Shown: positions 24,955-32,000 of the stretch, one piece after another
Numbering within the stretch: the first letter of the stretch is position 1
How the letters are laid out: the number at the start of each line of letters is the position of its first letter
Assembly (NCBI GenBank): GCA_964586355.1
Contig: CAZPGO010000043.1
Span: 1-32,000, forward strand
Direction of reading: 5' to 3'
DNA from: an uncultured archaeon
GTDB lineage: Archaea; Iainarchaeota; Iainarchaeia; Iainarchaeales; CSSED10-239
DNA length: 32,000 bases
The notes under the pieces: model-generated
What the model saw: only the letters and a program-made list of their open reading frames with translations
Told to the model about the DNA's origin: nothing
Databases searched by the model: none
Program-made: the position numbers and the translations under genes

Positions 24955-26325
24955 TTACTTATTTTTAGAAAATACAGAATAAATATCATTAATAAAATTA
25001 ACAACTTTTGTTTGAAGGTTTTCAGTACTTACAAAATCAACACCTTCCTTTTTAAATTCATTCATAACATCTGTAATTATTTCAGGATTATATTCTTGAG
25101 ACACTAAAAAGGATTCTAGTTGAGATTTTGTGTATTTTTTTGCATATGGTTTTAAAAATTCAAATAAGAATCTAATTTGTTTCATATATTTTTCATACTT
25201 CTCTTTCTCTTTTTTTGATTCTATTTTTAAATTAAAATTTTTTGGCAAAGTTAGATTTTCTGAAGAGATTATGTTATTTCCTTTATTTGAATTATCATCA
25301 TTTAAACGATTAATATTTAATTTTTTTTGCCTTTTTTCTAAAACATCTATTTTTTTATAGATCTCATTTATTTGACCATAAACTTCTTTTAAGGACAAAA
25401 ATTCGTCATGAATTTTTGATAAGAAAAGCTTAGTCATTTTTTCATTTGCTGTGCTTGGTAAATTTGATTTTTTATTAAAATCAACATTATCTTCTTTAAT
25501 TAGGTTAGTTAATATGCTTTCAGCAACTTGTTTACTAAAACCATTTTCTACTAATAGTTTTTTTATAAATTCTGAGTCTGTTTTTATTTTTAATAAATAT
25601 CTAATAGTGTTTTTTATGTTGGTTATATGTTCTTGTTGTTTTTTTGCTTTTTTTAATACTGCCATTCTTTCTTGATTAAGTAGTTTTATATCTTTTATAC
25701 CAAGCAAATTTAAATAAAAAGACTGAGGTAGTCTAATAATCAAAAAACCTTCAATAAAGAACAAACAAAAAATAACAAAAGCTATTGCAAAAGGTATAAG
25801 TGTTTCTTTTAAAAATAAAAAATTAGGTAAAAGTATTATTAAAAAATAAACACCAATAGATAATATAAAACCAAATATCCAATAGATATAACGAACAGTT
25901 CTTATTTTTTTTATATGTTTAATAATATTTTCAGCAGTCTCAAAATCCATCCCAATATATTCTACAAAATGTTTTATTGATTCTTTTGAGTATTTTTCTT
26001 TTATTATAAAAAAAATTAATTTTTTAATAGTTACAACTAATTTATTTATTTGTGCCTCATTATTTTCTGAGTCTACAAGGTCTTCTAAAGCATTTAATTT
26101 AACTTTATTTTTTTTTGCTAATAACAAAAGACCTATTTTTGGAATTTTGGAAATCAGACAACCTACAAAAAAAAAGAGAAAAATAATTATTAATGGCAAA
26201 ACTAATTCTAGATACCAAATCTCTTTAATATTTGAAAAAAAGGACACATAATGTACTAACAAATAAATAATTATGGAAAATATAAGACCAAATATCCAAT
26301 AAAATAGTTTTTTATTTATAGCCAT
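24955..26325 (-). CDS. Hypothetical membrane protein with internally duplicated 2-TM plus helical module
   Basis: AGGTGT SD. YWIFGLIFSIIIYLL...(2 TM)...KESIKHFVEYIGMDFETAENIIKHIKK is repeated as YWIFGFILSIGVYFL...(2 TM)...DSEFIKKLLVENGFSKQVAESILTNLIK. A third soluble copy is KSQLESFLVSQEYNPEIITDVMNEFKK. Confidence 0.62.
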   Translation of the reverse strand: MAINKKLFYWIFGLIFSIIIYLLVHYVSFFSNIKEIWYLELVLPLIIIFLFFFVGCLISKIPKIGLLLLAKKNKVKLNALEDLVDSENNEAQINKLVVTIKKLIFFIIKEKYSKESIKHFVEYIGMDFETAENIIKHIKKIRTVRYIYWIFGFILSIGVYFLIILLPNFLFLKETLIPFAIAFVIFCLFFIEGFLIIRLPQSFYLNLLGIKDIKLLNQERMAVLKKAKKQQEHITNIKNTIRYLLKIKTDSEFIKKLLVENGFSKQVAESILTNLIKEDNVDFNKKSNLPSTANEKMTKLFLSKIHDEFLSLKEVYGQINEIYKKIDVLEKRQKKLNINRLNDDNSNKGNNIISSENLTLPKNFNLKIESKKEKEKYEKYMKQIRFLFEFLKPYAKKYTKSQLESFLVSQEYNPEIITDVMNEFKKEGVDFVSTENLQTKVVNFINDIYSVFSKNK

Positions 26326-26405
26326 TAATACACCTGTGCTTTATTATTTAAGATTAATTAAATAGATAAACAAAACATATAAAAAACAATTTGTAACAAA
26401 AAAAA

Positions 26406-26480
26406 TGGAAGATGCAGGATTCGAACCTGCGACCCTTGGTGTATAAGACCAATGCTCTGACCAGACTGAGCTAAACTTCC
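26406..26480 (-). tRNA. tRNA-Ile (anticodon UAU)
   Basis: Reverse complement GGAAGTTTAGCTCAGTCTGGTCAGAGCATTGGTCTTATACACCAAGGGTCGCAGGTTCGAATCCTGCATCTTCCA. It has D-arm GCTC/GAGC, anticodon stem TTGGT/ACCAA with loop CTTATAC (TAT at 34-36), T-arm GCAGG/TTCGAAT/CCTGC and discriminator A. There is one U6-U67 mismatch in the acceptor stem. Confidence 0.85.
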
Positions 26481-26499
26481 AATATTTAAAATTGTCTCC

Positions 26500-26507
26500 T
26501 ATAAATA
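26500..26507 (-). promoter_or_regulatory. Possible TATA box (TATTTATA) for the tRNA-Ile gene
   Basis: It is centred about 23 nt upstream of the mature tRNA 5' end on the minus strand. The background is very AT-rich, so specificity is low. Confidence 0.3.
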
Positions 26508-26547
26508 ATATAAGAATAAGAAATATATTTAAACCTTTAAGATTTTA

Positions 26548-26886
26548 CTATTCTTCAGAAACAAAATTATTTAAATTTACTGATAAATCAGCATCTGTTT
26601 CCTTAAAATCACCAAATCTGCCAATATTAAGTCTTACTGATTTTTTAAATTCTGAAGAAAATAGATTTTTGAAACTATATGTCTTATTTGTTTCTATTTT
26701 ATCTATGGTCTCATCCCAAAGAGTCAAATAAATTGTGCCAGTCTCATCACCTAATATAGCTTCACAAACATTGTGTTTTGTTTCATCTAGTTTTGAGATC
26801 ACTTCTCTTATAGCTGTTTTGTCTATAACTTTTGCTATTATGTCTATCTTCTTTTGGAATGGTTTTATTTTATCTATTTTTTCCAT
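26548..26886 (-). CDS. Single OB-fold ssDNA-binding protein (short RPA/SSB-like)
   Basis: The 112-aa protein has IDIIAKVIDKTAIREV...HNVCEAILGDETGTIYLTLWDETIDKIE, the pattern typical of archaeal RPA-type OB folds (..GDETG.I.LTLWD). Confidence 0.62.
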   Translation of the reverse strand: MEKIDKIKPFQKKIDIIAKVIDKTAIREVISKLDETKHNVCEAILGDETGTIYLTLWDETIDKIETNKTYSFKNLFSSEFKKSVRLNIGRFGDFKETDADLSVNLNNFVSEE

Positions 26887-26970
26887 TTTTGATTAATTTC
26901 TCATATATTTTATATATCCTGAGTACAATAAATATATAAAATTAACTATTTTTAAAAAAAAAGAAAAAAA

Positions 26971-28587
26971 TCACATATCAGCCATATCTTGAGGACCCAT
27001 TCTTGGAGCTCCTCTTCCTGACTGACCTGCGATTATATCGTCTATTCTTAAAATCAATTCTGCTACTTCTGTTGCTGAAACAATTGCTTGTGTTTTAACA
27101 TTTAATGGTTCTATAATGTTTTTGCTTTTCATATCTGCAATTGTACCATTAATAACATCTACACCAAATCCTCTGTTTTTAGGATCTTGATGTTTACTTC
27201 TTAAAGAAACAATAGTATCAATAGCATCTAAACCAGCACTTTCAGCTAATGTTTTTGGAATTATCTCTAAAACATCTGCAAAAGCCTCAATAGCTAATTG
27301 CTCTCTTCCACCAATAGTTTTTGCAAAGTTTTTTAATTTCAAAGCAACATCTATCTCTGAAGATCCACCAGCAGCTAAAAATTTACCTGATTTTAAAGAA
27401 GATATAACTGCACCAACAGCATCTGTTAATGTTCTATCTGCTTCAGAAAGTGTTTGTTCACTAGCTCCTCTTAATAGTATAGTTACATAATTTGGATTTG
27501 GACAACTTTCAACAAATAACATATCATCTCCAGATATTTTCTTTGAATAGACACGTTTTGCTGTGCCTAGATCTTTATCAGTAGCATCTTTTAATCTGTT
27601 TATAATTTTTGCTCCTGTTGCTTTTGCTAATCTTTCTATATCTGTTAATCTTACTCTTCTAACAGCAGTAACTCCTGCTTTTGCTAGGTAATGTTGTGCA
27701 AGATCATCTATTCCTTTTTGACAGATTAAAATATTGGCTCCTGTAGCAACTATCAAATCAACCATTTCTTTTAATTGTTCTTCTTCTTGATCAATAAATG
27801 CTTGTAATTGCTCTGGAGAAGTTATTTGTATTTTTGCTTCTGTTTCTGTTTCTTTTATCTCTAACGCAGTTCCTAACAATAATATTTTTGCGGAATCAAT
27901 ATCTCTTGGCATCTCTGAGTGAACAACTTCTTTATCAAGAACAATTCCATCTATTAATTTAGTGTCAGATAAATTCCCACCAATCTTTTGCTCTATTTTT
28001 ATTTGTTCTTTATCTAGCTCTTTGGAGTTTGATATTTTTAAGATAGCATCAACAACAATATTTGCTAAACTAGAACTATATTCTGCAGCTTTTCCTGTCA
28101 TTGATGTTGTTGCTATATCCAAAAGTGCTTTCTTATCACTAATGGATATGTTTTCTGAAATTTCTGTAAAGTAACCGCTTGCTTTTTCTGCAGCCATTTT
28201 ATATCCTTTTATTATAATTGATGGATGAATATTTTCATCTAAAAGATTTTCTGCTTTAGAAACTAGACCACCAGCAATTATTACTGCACTTGTTGTTCCA
28301 TCCCCTACCTCATCATCTTGATTTTTAGCAAGTTCTACAAGCATCTTTCCAATTGGGTGCTCTATAGCCATTTCTTTTAAGATTGTTGCCCCGTCATTAC
28401 TAATTGTAACATCTCCCATCTCGTTTACTAACATCTTATCCATGCCTCTAGGACCTAATGTTGATTTTACTGAATTACTTACTGCTTTTGCAACAAGTAT
28501 ATTTAATCTTTGTGCATCCTTGCCTTTATCTCTTCTGGTTCCTTCTGGTAAAAAGGCATTTGAATTTTGATTGTTTGAATTATTCAT
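26971..28587 (-). CDS. ths: Thermosome subunit (group II chaperonin)
   Basis: TLGPRGMDKMLV, the ATP-binding GDGTTSAVIIAG, VRRVRLTDIERLAKATGA and a C-terminal GGM-like tail. GGAGTGAT SD. Confidence 0.95.
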   Translation of the reverse strand: MNNSNNQNSNAFLPEGTRRDKGKDAQRLNILVAKAVSNSVKSTLGPRGMDKMLVNEMGDVTISNDGATILKEMAIEHPIGKMLVELAKNQDDEVGDGTTSAVIIAGGLVSKAENLLDENIHPSIIIKGYKMAAEKASGYFTEISENISISDKKALLDIATTSMTGKAAEYSSSLANIVVDAILKISNSKELDKEQIKIEQKIGGNLSDTKLIDGIVLDKEVVHSEMPRDIDSAKILLLGTALEIKETETEAKIQITSPEQLQAFIDQEEEQLKEMVDLIVATGANILICQKGIDDLAQHYLAKAGVTAVRRVRLTDIERLAKATGAKIINRLKDATDKDLGTAKRVYSKKISGDDMLFVESCPNPNYVTILLRGASEQTLSEADRTLTDAVGAVISSLKSGKFLAAGGSSEIDVALKLKNFAKTIGGREQLAIEAFADVLEIIPKTLAESAGLDAIDTIVSLRSKHQDPKNRGFGVDVINGTIADMKSKNIIEPLNVKTQAIVSATEVAELILRIDDIIAGQSGRGAPRMGPQDMADM

Positions 28588-28623
28588 TTAAATCACTCCT
28601 TTTATATACAATAATAGAAATTT

Positions 28624-28884
28624 TTAAAGCTGACCTTGTTTTTTTTTAAGTTTTAAAAATTTACTCTCAAATATTTCTTTGTTATCATAATCTAAAAAAA
28701 ATCTATTATTTACTAGTTCTAGATCAAAAAACCCTGTTTTGTATTTATTTTCTAGACCTTTTTTAAATTCATTAAATTCCTTGTTTTTATTTAATAATAT
28801 TTTTTCATCTAGATCTAAAAAAGGTTTCATTTCTTGTTTTAATTTTAAAAGATATTTTTCTGGGTAAAATAAATCATTTGACAT
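28624..28884 (-). CDS. Hypothetical protein
   Basis: An 86-aa ORF with an ATG preceded by AAGGTTA, lying 14 nt downstream of the histone-fold gene. I recognise no family. Confidence 0.42.
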   Translation of the reverse strand: MSNDLFYPEKYLLKLKQEMKPFLDLDEKILLNKNKEFNEFKKGLENKYKTGFFDLELVNNRFFLDYDNKEIFESKFLKLKKKQGQL

Positions 28885-28898
28885 AATAATAACCTTTT

Positions 28899-29306
28899 TT
28901 ACTTATGGAATTTTCTTTCAACATCGTCTATTAAAATATCACATTCTGCTTTTATTTTTTCTAGATTCTTAATTATTCTTATTTTTTCTAATTCGATTGT
29001 TTGAATATTTTCAAAAGTTTCTATAGCTTGTTTAAACATTCCATAGTCAACATAACTATATTCATAGCTATTCATTTTTTTACAAATTGTTTCTACAATT
29101 TGACCTAAAAACAAGTTCATTTCTTTTTTTACTATTCCTTTTATTTGCTTATGAGGATCTAAACTTTTTCTCATTAGTCTTACAACCGTTGCATTAGGGA
29201 AAGGCAATTTTTCATCATCTAATTCTTCTTCTTCACTATCTTCTAATACCTCGTCTAAGTCTTCTCCTTCTAATTCTGCTTTTGTTTTATCTATTTCATC
29301 AGTCAT
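28899..29306 (-). CDS. Histone-fold (CBF/NF-Y/archaeal histone family) protein with acidic N-terminal tail
   Basis: LPFPNATVVRLMRKSLDPHKQIKGIVKKEMNLFLGQIVETICKKMN...YVDYGMFKQAIE fits the histone-fold pattern LP.A.V.R.M...I.......F....I......V....F..A. The 30-aa N-terminal tail is D/E-rich. AGAGGTAA SD. Confidence 0.62.
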   Translation of the reverse strand: MTDEIDKTKAELEGEDLDEVLEDSEEEELDDEKLPFPNATVVRLMRKSLDPHKQIKGIVKKEMNLFLGQIVETICKKMNSYEYSYVDYGMFKQAIETFENIQTIELEKIRIIKNLEKIKAECDILIDDVERKFHK

Positions 29307-29443
29307 ATAAATTACCTCTTTTTTATAAAAATAGTTATAATATTCTATAATATATATAGGTATAGAAGGCTTTAAATATGTATTTTTTAAGAATTTTTTC
29401 CTTAAAAAACTGATAAAAATAGCTACTTAAAATTAGTTAATTT

Positions 29444-29475
29444 AAAATAAATAAAAAATAAAAAAAATAAAAAAA
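29444..29475 (-). terminator. Oligo-T tracts (minus strand) downstream of the acidic micro-ORFs
   Basis: The plus strand reads AAAATAAATAAAAAATAAAAAAAATAAAAAAAG, giving several T5-T8 runs on the coding strand 20-50 nt after the stop at 29498. Archaeal terminators are oligo-T, but the AT-rich background lowers specificity. Confidence 0.3.
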
Positions 29476-29497
29476 GTTCAAATAAAGACCTTAGTAA

Positions 29498-29596
29498 TTA
29501 TTCGTCTTCTTCATCATCATATTCTTCATCATCATAATCGAAGTCTTCTTCTTCTTCATCACTATATGCCACATAATAGTTTTTATCTAAACTCAT
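29498..29596 (-). CDS. Hyperacidic 32-aa micro-protein
   Basis: Own translation: MSLDKNYYVAYSDEEEEDFDYDDEEYDDEEDE*, with 18 acidic residues and 1 basic. GGGTGAG SD 4 nt upstream of the ATG. It is below the ORF-track size cutoff. Confidence 0.42.
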   Translation of the reverse strand: MSLDKNYYVAYSDEEEEDFDYDDEEYDDEEDE

Positions 29597-29613
29597 ATGT
29601 CTCACCCTTTTTT

Positions 29614-29778
29614 TTATTCATCACTGTCTGAGTCGATCTCATCAAAGTCGTAGTCGTCATCATTTTCGAAATCTCTGTCTATGTCATTAATGTTATCGTC
29701 TTCAACAACTTTTTCATCGCCGTCGTAATCATAGTCATCTAAGTTATAATCGTCTGACAACTGGTATATATTTTTCAT
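29614..29778 (-). CDS. Hyperacidic 54-aa micro-protein
   Basis: Own translation: MKNIYQLSDDYNLDDYDYDGDEKVVEDDNINDIDRDFENDDDYDFDEIDSDSDE*, with 25 acidic residues and 3 basic. GAGGAG SD 4 nt upstream of the ATG. It is followed 17 nt later by the 32-aa ORF. Confidence 0.5.
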   Translation of the reverse strand: MKNIYQLSDDYNLDDYDYDGDEKVVEDDNINDIDRDFENDDDYDFDEIDSDSDE

Positions 29779-29948
29779 CTAACTCCTCACAATTTATTTT
29801 TTAGTTGCTATAAATAATTTGTTATGGTACCATAATATTTAAAAATATGTACTAAAACTCAAATTACAAGATATATTTATATATGTTTTGTTGTCTTTAA
29901 AAAACAGATTTTAAAAATAGATTGCAGCAAATATATGTATGATCTACT

Positions 29949-30884
29949 ATGGTTCTTAAAAAAAACATTTATTTTCCACCTGATTTTCTAGAAAAATATA
30001 AAAAGATTCTAAAAGAGAAAGATTTTGAAAGATTTATTGATTCTTGCTCTGTAAGATTAACAAAAGCTATAAGAATAAACAAACTAAAAGTTAATTCTAT
30101 TGATGAGATTGAGATATTAAAAGAGCTTAATCTAAAAGAAACACCATACATAAAAGACACATATTTTATTTTATCAACTGTTTCAGCTATAGGTAACACT
30201 GTTGAACAATTAAATGGATTATTTCAAATTCAAGAAGTATCTTCATTATTACCAGTTATTGTTTTAAATCCAAGACCTAAGGATATTATTTTAGATCTAA
30301 CTGCAGCACCTGGTAATAAAACAACCTATATTGCTGAAAAAATGAATAATACTGGTTTAATTATTGCTAATGAAATAGATACTAAAAGAATAAAGACATT
30401 AATCTATGCTCTTAAAAAATTAGGTGTAACTAATACTATTGTAACTAATTTTGATGGGAGAACATTTGATTTAAATATAAAATTTGATAAGATCTTATTA
30501 GATGCTCCTTGTAGTTGTGAAGGAGAGATTAAAAAAAATAAAGATGTTTTAAAAAGCTGGAGTGAAAAATTGGTTCTATCTAAATCAAAATTACAAAAAG
30601 AGTTAATCCTTAATGCTTTTGATCAACTTAAACAAGGAGGAATATTAGTATATTCTACTTGTACTCTTTCTCCTGAGGAAAATGAAGAGGTTATTGATTA
30701 TTTGATTAAAAAGAGAAAAAAACTTTCTATTGAAAGAATAAGTATCCCTAACTTAAATTATAAAGAGGGGTTGGAAAAATATAAATTAAAAACATACTCT
30801 CCAGAAGTTAAAAAATCTATAAGAATTTGGCCTCAACTTACTGACTTAGAGGGCTTTTATATCTGTAAAATAAAAAAGGAATAA
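29949..30884 (+). CDS. NOL1/NOP2/Sun-family RNA (cytosine-C5)-methyltransferase
   Basis: SAM-binding DLTAAPGNKTTYIAE, motif IV DAPCSCEGE with catalytic Cys, and motif VI YSTCTLSPEENEEV with the second Cys. Confidence 0.88.
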   Translation: MVLKKNIYFPPDFLEKYKKILKEKDFERFIDSCSVRLTKAIRINKLKVNSIDEIEILKELNLKETPYIKDTYFILSTVSAIGNTVEQLNGLFQIQEVSSLLPVIVLNPRPKDIILDLTAAPGNKTTYIAEKMNNTGLIIANEIDTKRIKTLIYALKKLGVTNTIVTNFDGRTFDLNIKFDKILLDAPCSCEGEIKKNKDVLKSWSEKLVLSKSKLQKELILNAFDQLKQGGILVYSTCTLSPEENEEVIDYLIKKRKKLSIERISIPNLNYKEGLEKYKLKTYSPEVKKSIRIWPQLTDLEGFYICKIKKE

Positions 30885-30887
30885 ATT

Positions 30888-31370
30888 ATGTTTGTCTTAT
30901 GTACAAAAAAAGAGTTAGAAAAAACAAAAAATTTTTTATATTCTAGATTTGGAATTAATAAAAATTACCTAAATAATTTTCTTTGTTATAAATATAAAAA
31001 AAGCTTATTTTTAATAACTAATGATAAAAAAGAGATCATACAAAAACTCATTTTTAAAAAAAACATAAGATCTCTAGGAATTGAAATTTTTTGCGATCTT
31101 AGACAATTAATTCCTAGTTCTTTAGGTTTTGGTGGTGTTTTAAAAATAGAGCAAATAAAAAGCAACTTTCTGATCTTAAATAGAGAACAAGCAATTTCTT
31201 TTTTTGAAAATGAAAATATTGATGCAAAAAAAATAGAATCTAAAAATTTATTGTCTTCTGGTTATGTTATTGGTATTTATAATAAAAAGATTATTGGAAC
31301 ACTTTATTATGATAAACTAAAAGAGATGTGCACACCTAATCTTTCTTTTGAAAATAAAAATATTAAATAA
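30888..31370 (+). CDS. Possible stand-alone PUA-like C-terminal domain of RsmF-type methyltransferases
   Basis: The ATG lies 3 nt after the methyltransferase stop, and the SD (AAGGAA) overlaps the upstream gene end. LILNREQAISFFENENID...SSGYVIGIYNKKIIGTLYYD resembles the L..eqa..yl.ge.i...GyV.v...g..lG pattern of RsmF C-terminal domains. The assignment is by eye only. Confidence 0.4.
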   Translation: MFVLCTKKELEKTKNFLYSRFGINKNYLNNFLCYKYKKSLFLITNDKKEIIQKLIFKKNIRSLGIEIFCDLRQLIPSSLGFGGVLKIEQIKSNFLILNREQAISFFENENIDAKKIESKNLLSSGYVIGIYNKKIIGTLYYDKLKEMCTPNLSFENKNIK

Positions 31371-31371
31371 T

Positions 31372-32000
31372 TTAGATCTCTCTAGTAATAAATTCTTTTA
31401 TCTTTTTTTGAATAAGATCGCTATCAACATCTAATGGTATTTGATGAGAAGAACTTTGCACAATAAATCTTTCTGCATTATCACTAGAGACTTTTTCTAA
31501 AATGGCATTTACATTACTTAATGGAACAATAACATCTTTTTTACTATGAATTACTAGTATTGGAGAGGTTATTTTTTTTAGACCTTTGTTTGTGATATTT
31601 ATTAAAACTAATAATTCTTTTAATGCATGATAAGATAAAGAATCATAAGTGTCTATATATTTAATTAGTTTTTCTGTTTTTGAAATTTTTATATTATTAT
31701 CAAATATTTTTTTATATATATTATTTATTACTAATTTAGTGGTGTCAATAGAATCTTTCTTTTTAAGTTTAGATGCTTTTTCTATTTCCTTAATTATTTT
31801 TCTAACACTTAGATCATTTAATCTCCATTGTTCTTTTATTTTTGTGGTTATAAATTTTAGATCTAGAAGATCAATAGGAGAAGAGATAGTTATGATTTTA
31901 TAAGGAGAAATTTTTTTAGAGATCTGCAGTGCTATAGTTCCACCCATTGAAAATCCAATAATTACTACTTTTTTGTATATACTATTAAGATATTCATAAA
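31372..32000 (-). CDS. Alpha/beta-hydrolase (carboxylesterase/lysophospholipase-like); 5' end lies outside the window
   Basis: The reading frame stays open upstream of the track Met: ...YEYLNSIYKKVVIIGFSMGGTIAL contains the G-x-S-x-G nucleophile elbow. HSKKDVIVP and SSHQIPLD fit the Asp and His of the triad. Confidence 0.75.
   Translation of the reverse strand, partial: YEYLNSIYKKVVIIGFSMGGTIALQISKKISPYKIITISSPIDLLDLKFITTKIKEQWRLNDLSVRKIIKEIEKASKLKKKDSIDTTKLVINNIYKKIFDNNIKISKTEKLIKYIDTYDSLSYHALKELLVLINITNKGLKKITSPILVIHSKKDVIVPLSNVNAILEKVSSDNAERFIVQSSSHQIPLDVDSDLIQKKIKEFITREI

Noticed and set aside
314-31903. Many 60-110-aa track ORFs lie antisense or out of frame inside longer recognisable genes. 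Examples are 314-505, 983-1240, 1547-1765, 1951-2208, 2657-2878, 2999-3328, 8537-8800, 11526-11714, 13628-13828, 15658-15882, 19007-19249, 20093-20326, 23968-24198, 25130-25360, 25451-25675, 26492-26731, 27962-28174, 28458-28649, 29969-30199 and 31649-31903.
   Set aside because: Each is fully overlapped by a gene with clear family motifs or an SD-led start. Their products are S/L/F/I-rich, the mirror image of K/E/N-rich codons, and none has an SD.
1-32000. CRISPR arrays, rRNA genes, large tandem repeats, and alternative genetic code.
   Set aside because: I saw no regularly spaced repeats and no rRNA-like G+C-rich blocks. All recognisable genes are uninterrupted under the standard code.

Overview
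Strongly AT-rich, tightly packed archaeal chromosome segment. The content is archaeal: e-type ribosomal proteins, aIF6, prefoldin, thermosome, archaeal DnaG, Hjc, Kae1, Pth2 and an RNase P protein subunit. Assigning it to a small-genome, DPANN-like lineage is my inference from compactness, surface-protein content and a tRNA-Ile(UAU). About 40 genes are present, mostly on the minus strand, and most are preceded by a GGAGGTGA-like Shine-Dalgarno motif. The window holds the conserved S19e-L39e-L31e-aIF6-PfdA-FtsY cluster, three aminoacyl-tRNA synthetases (CysRS, AsnRS-like, IleRS) and three tRNAs: Gly-GCC, Val-UAC and Ile-UAU. It also holds a NOL1/NOP2/Sun RNA methyltransferase and several secreted or membrane proteins. 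No rRNA, CRISPR array, integrase or transposase is visible. Four loci deserve a second look. (1) A 1.9-kb two-gene cassette at 11397-13346 is bracketed by perfect 37-bp direct repeats. It encodes an AAA+ ATPase with a DUF4143 nuclease-like tail and a compositionally foreign tail-anchored protein. (2) Two tandem secreted paralogues at 15227-18021 share a Cys/His papain-like (NlpC/P60-like) domain, and the larger also carries an SLT-like lysozyme motif and a Cys-rich tail. (3) Two SD-led hyperacidic micro-ORFs at 29498-29778 lie upstream of a tailed histone-fold gene. (4) The tRNA-Ile carries a UAU anticodon. Functional calls rest on motif recognition by eye; no database search was run.
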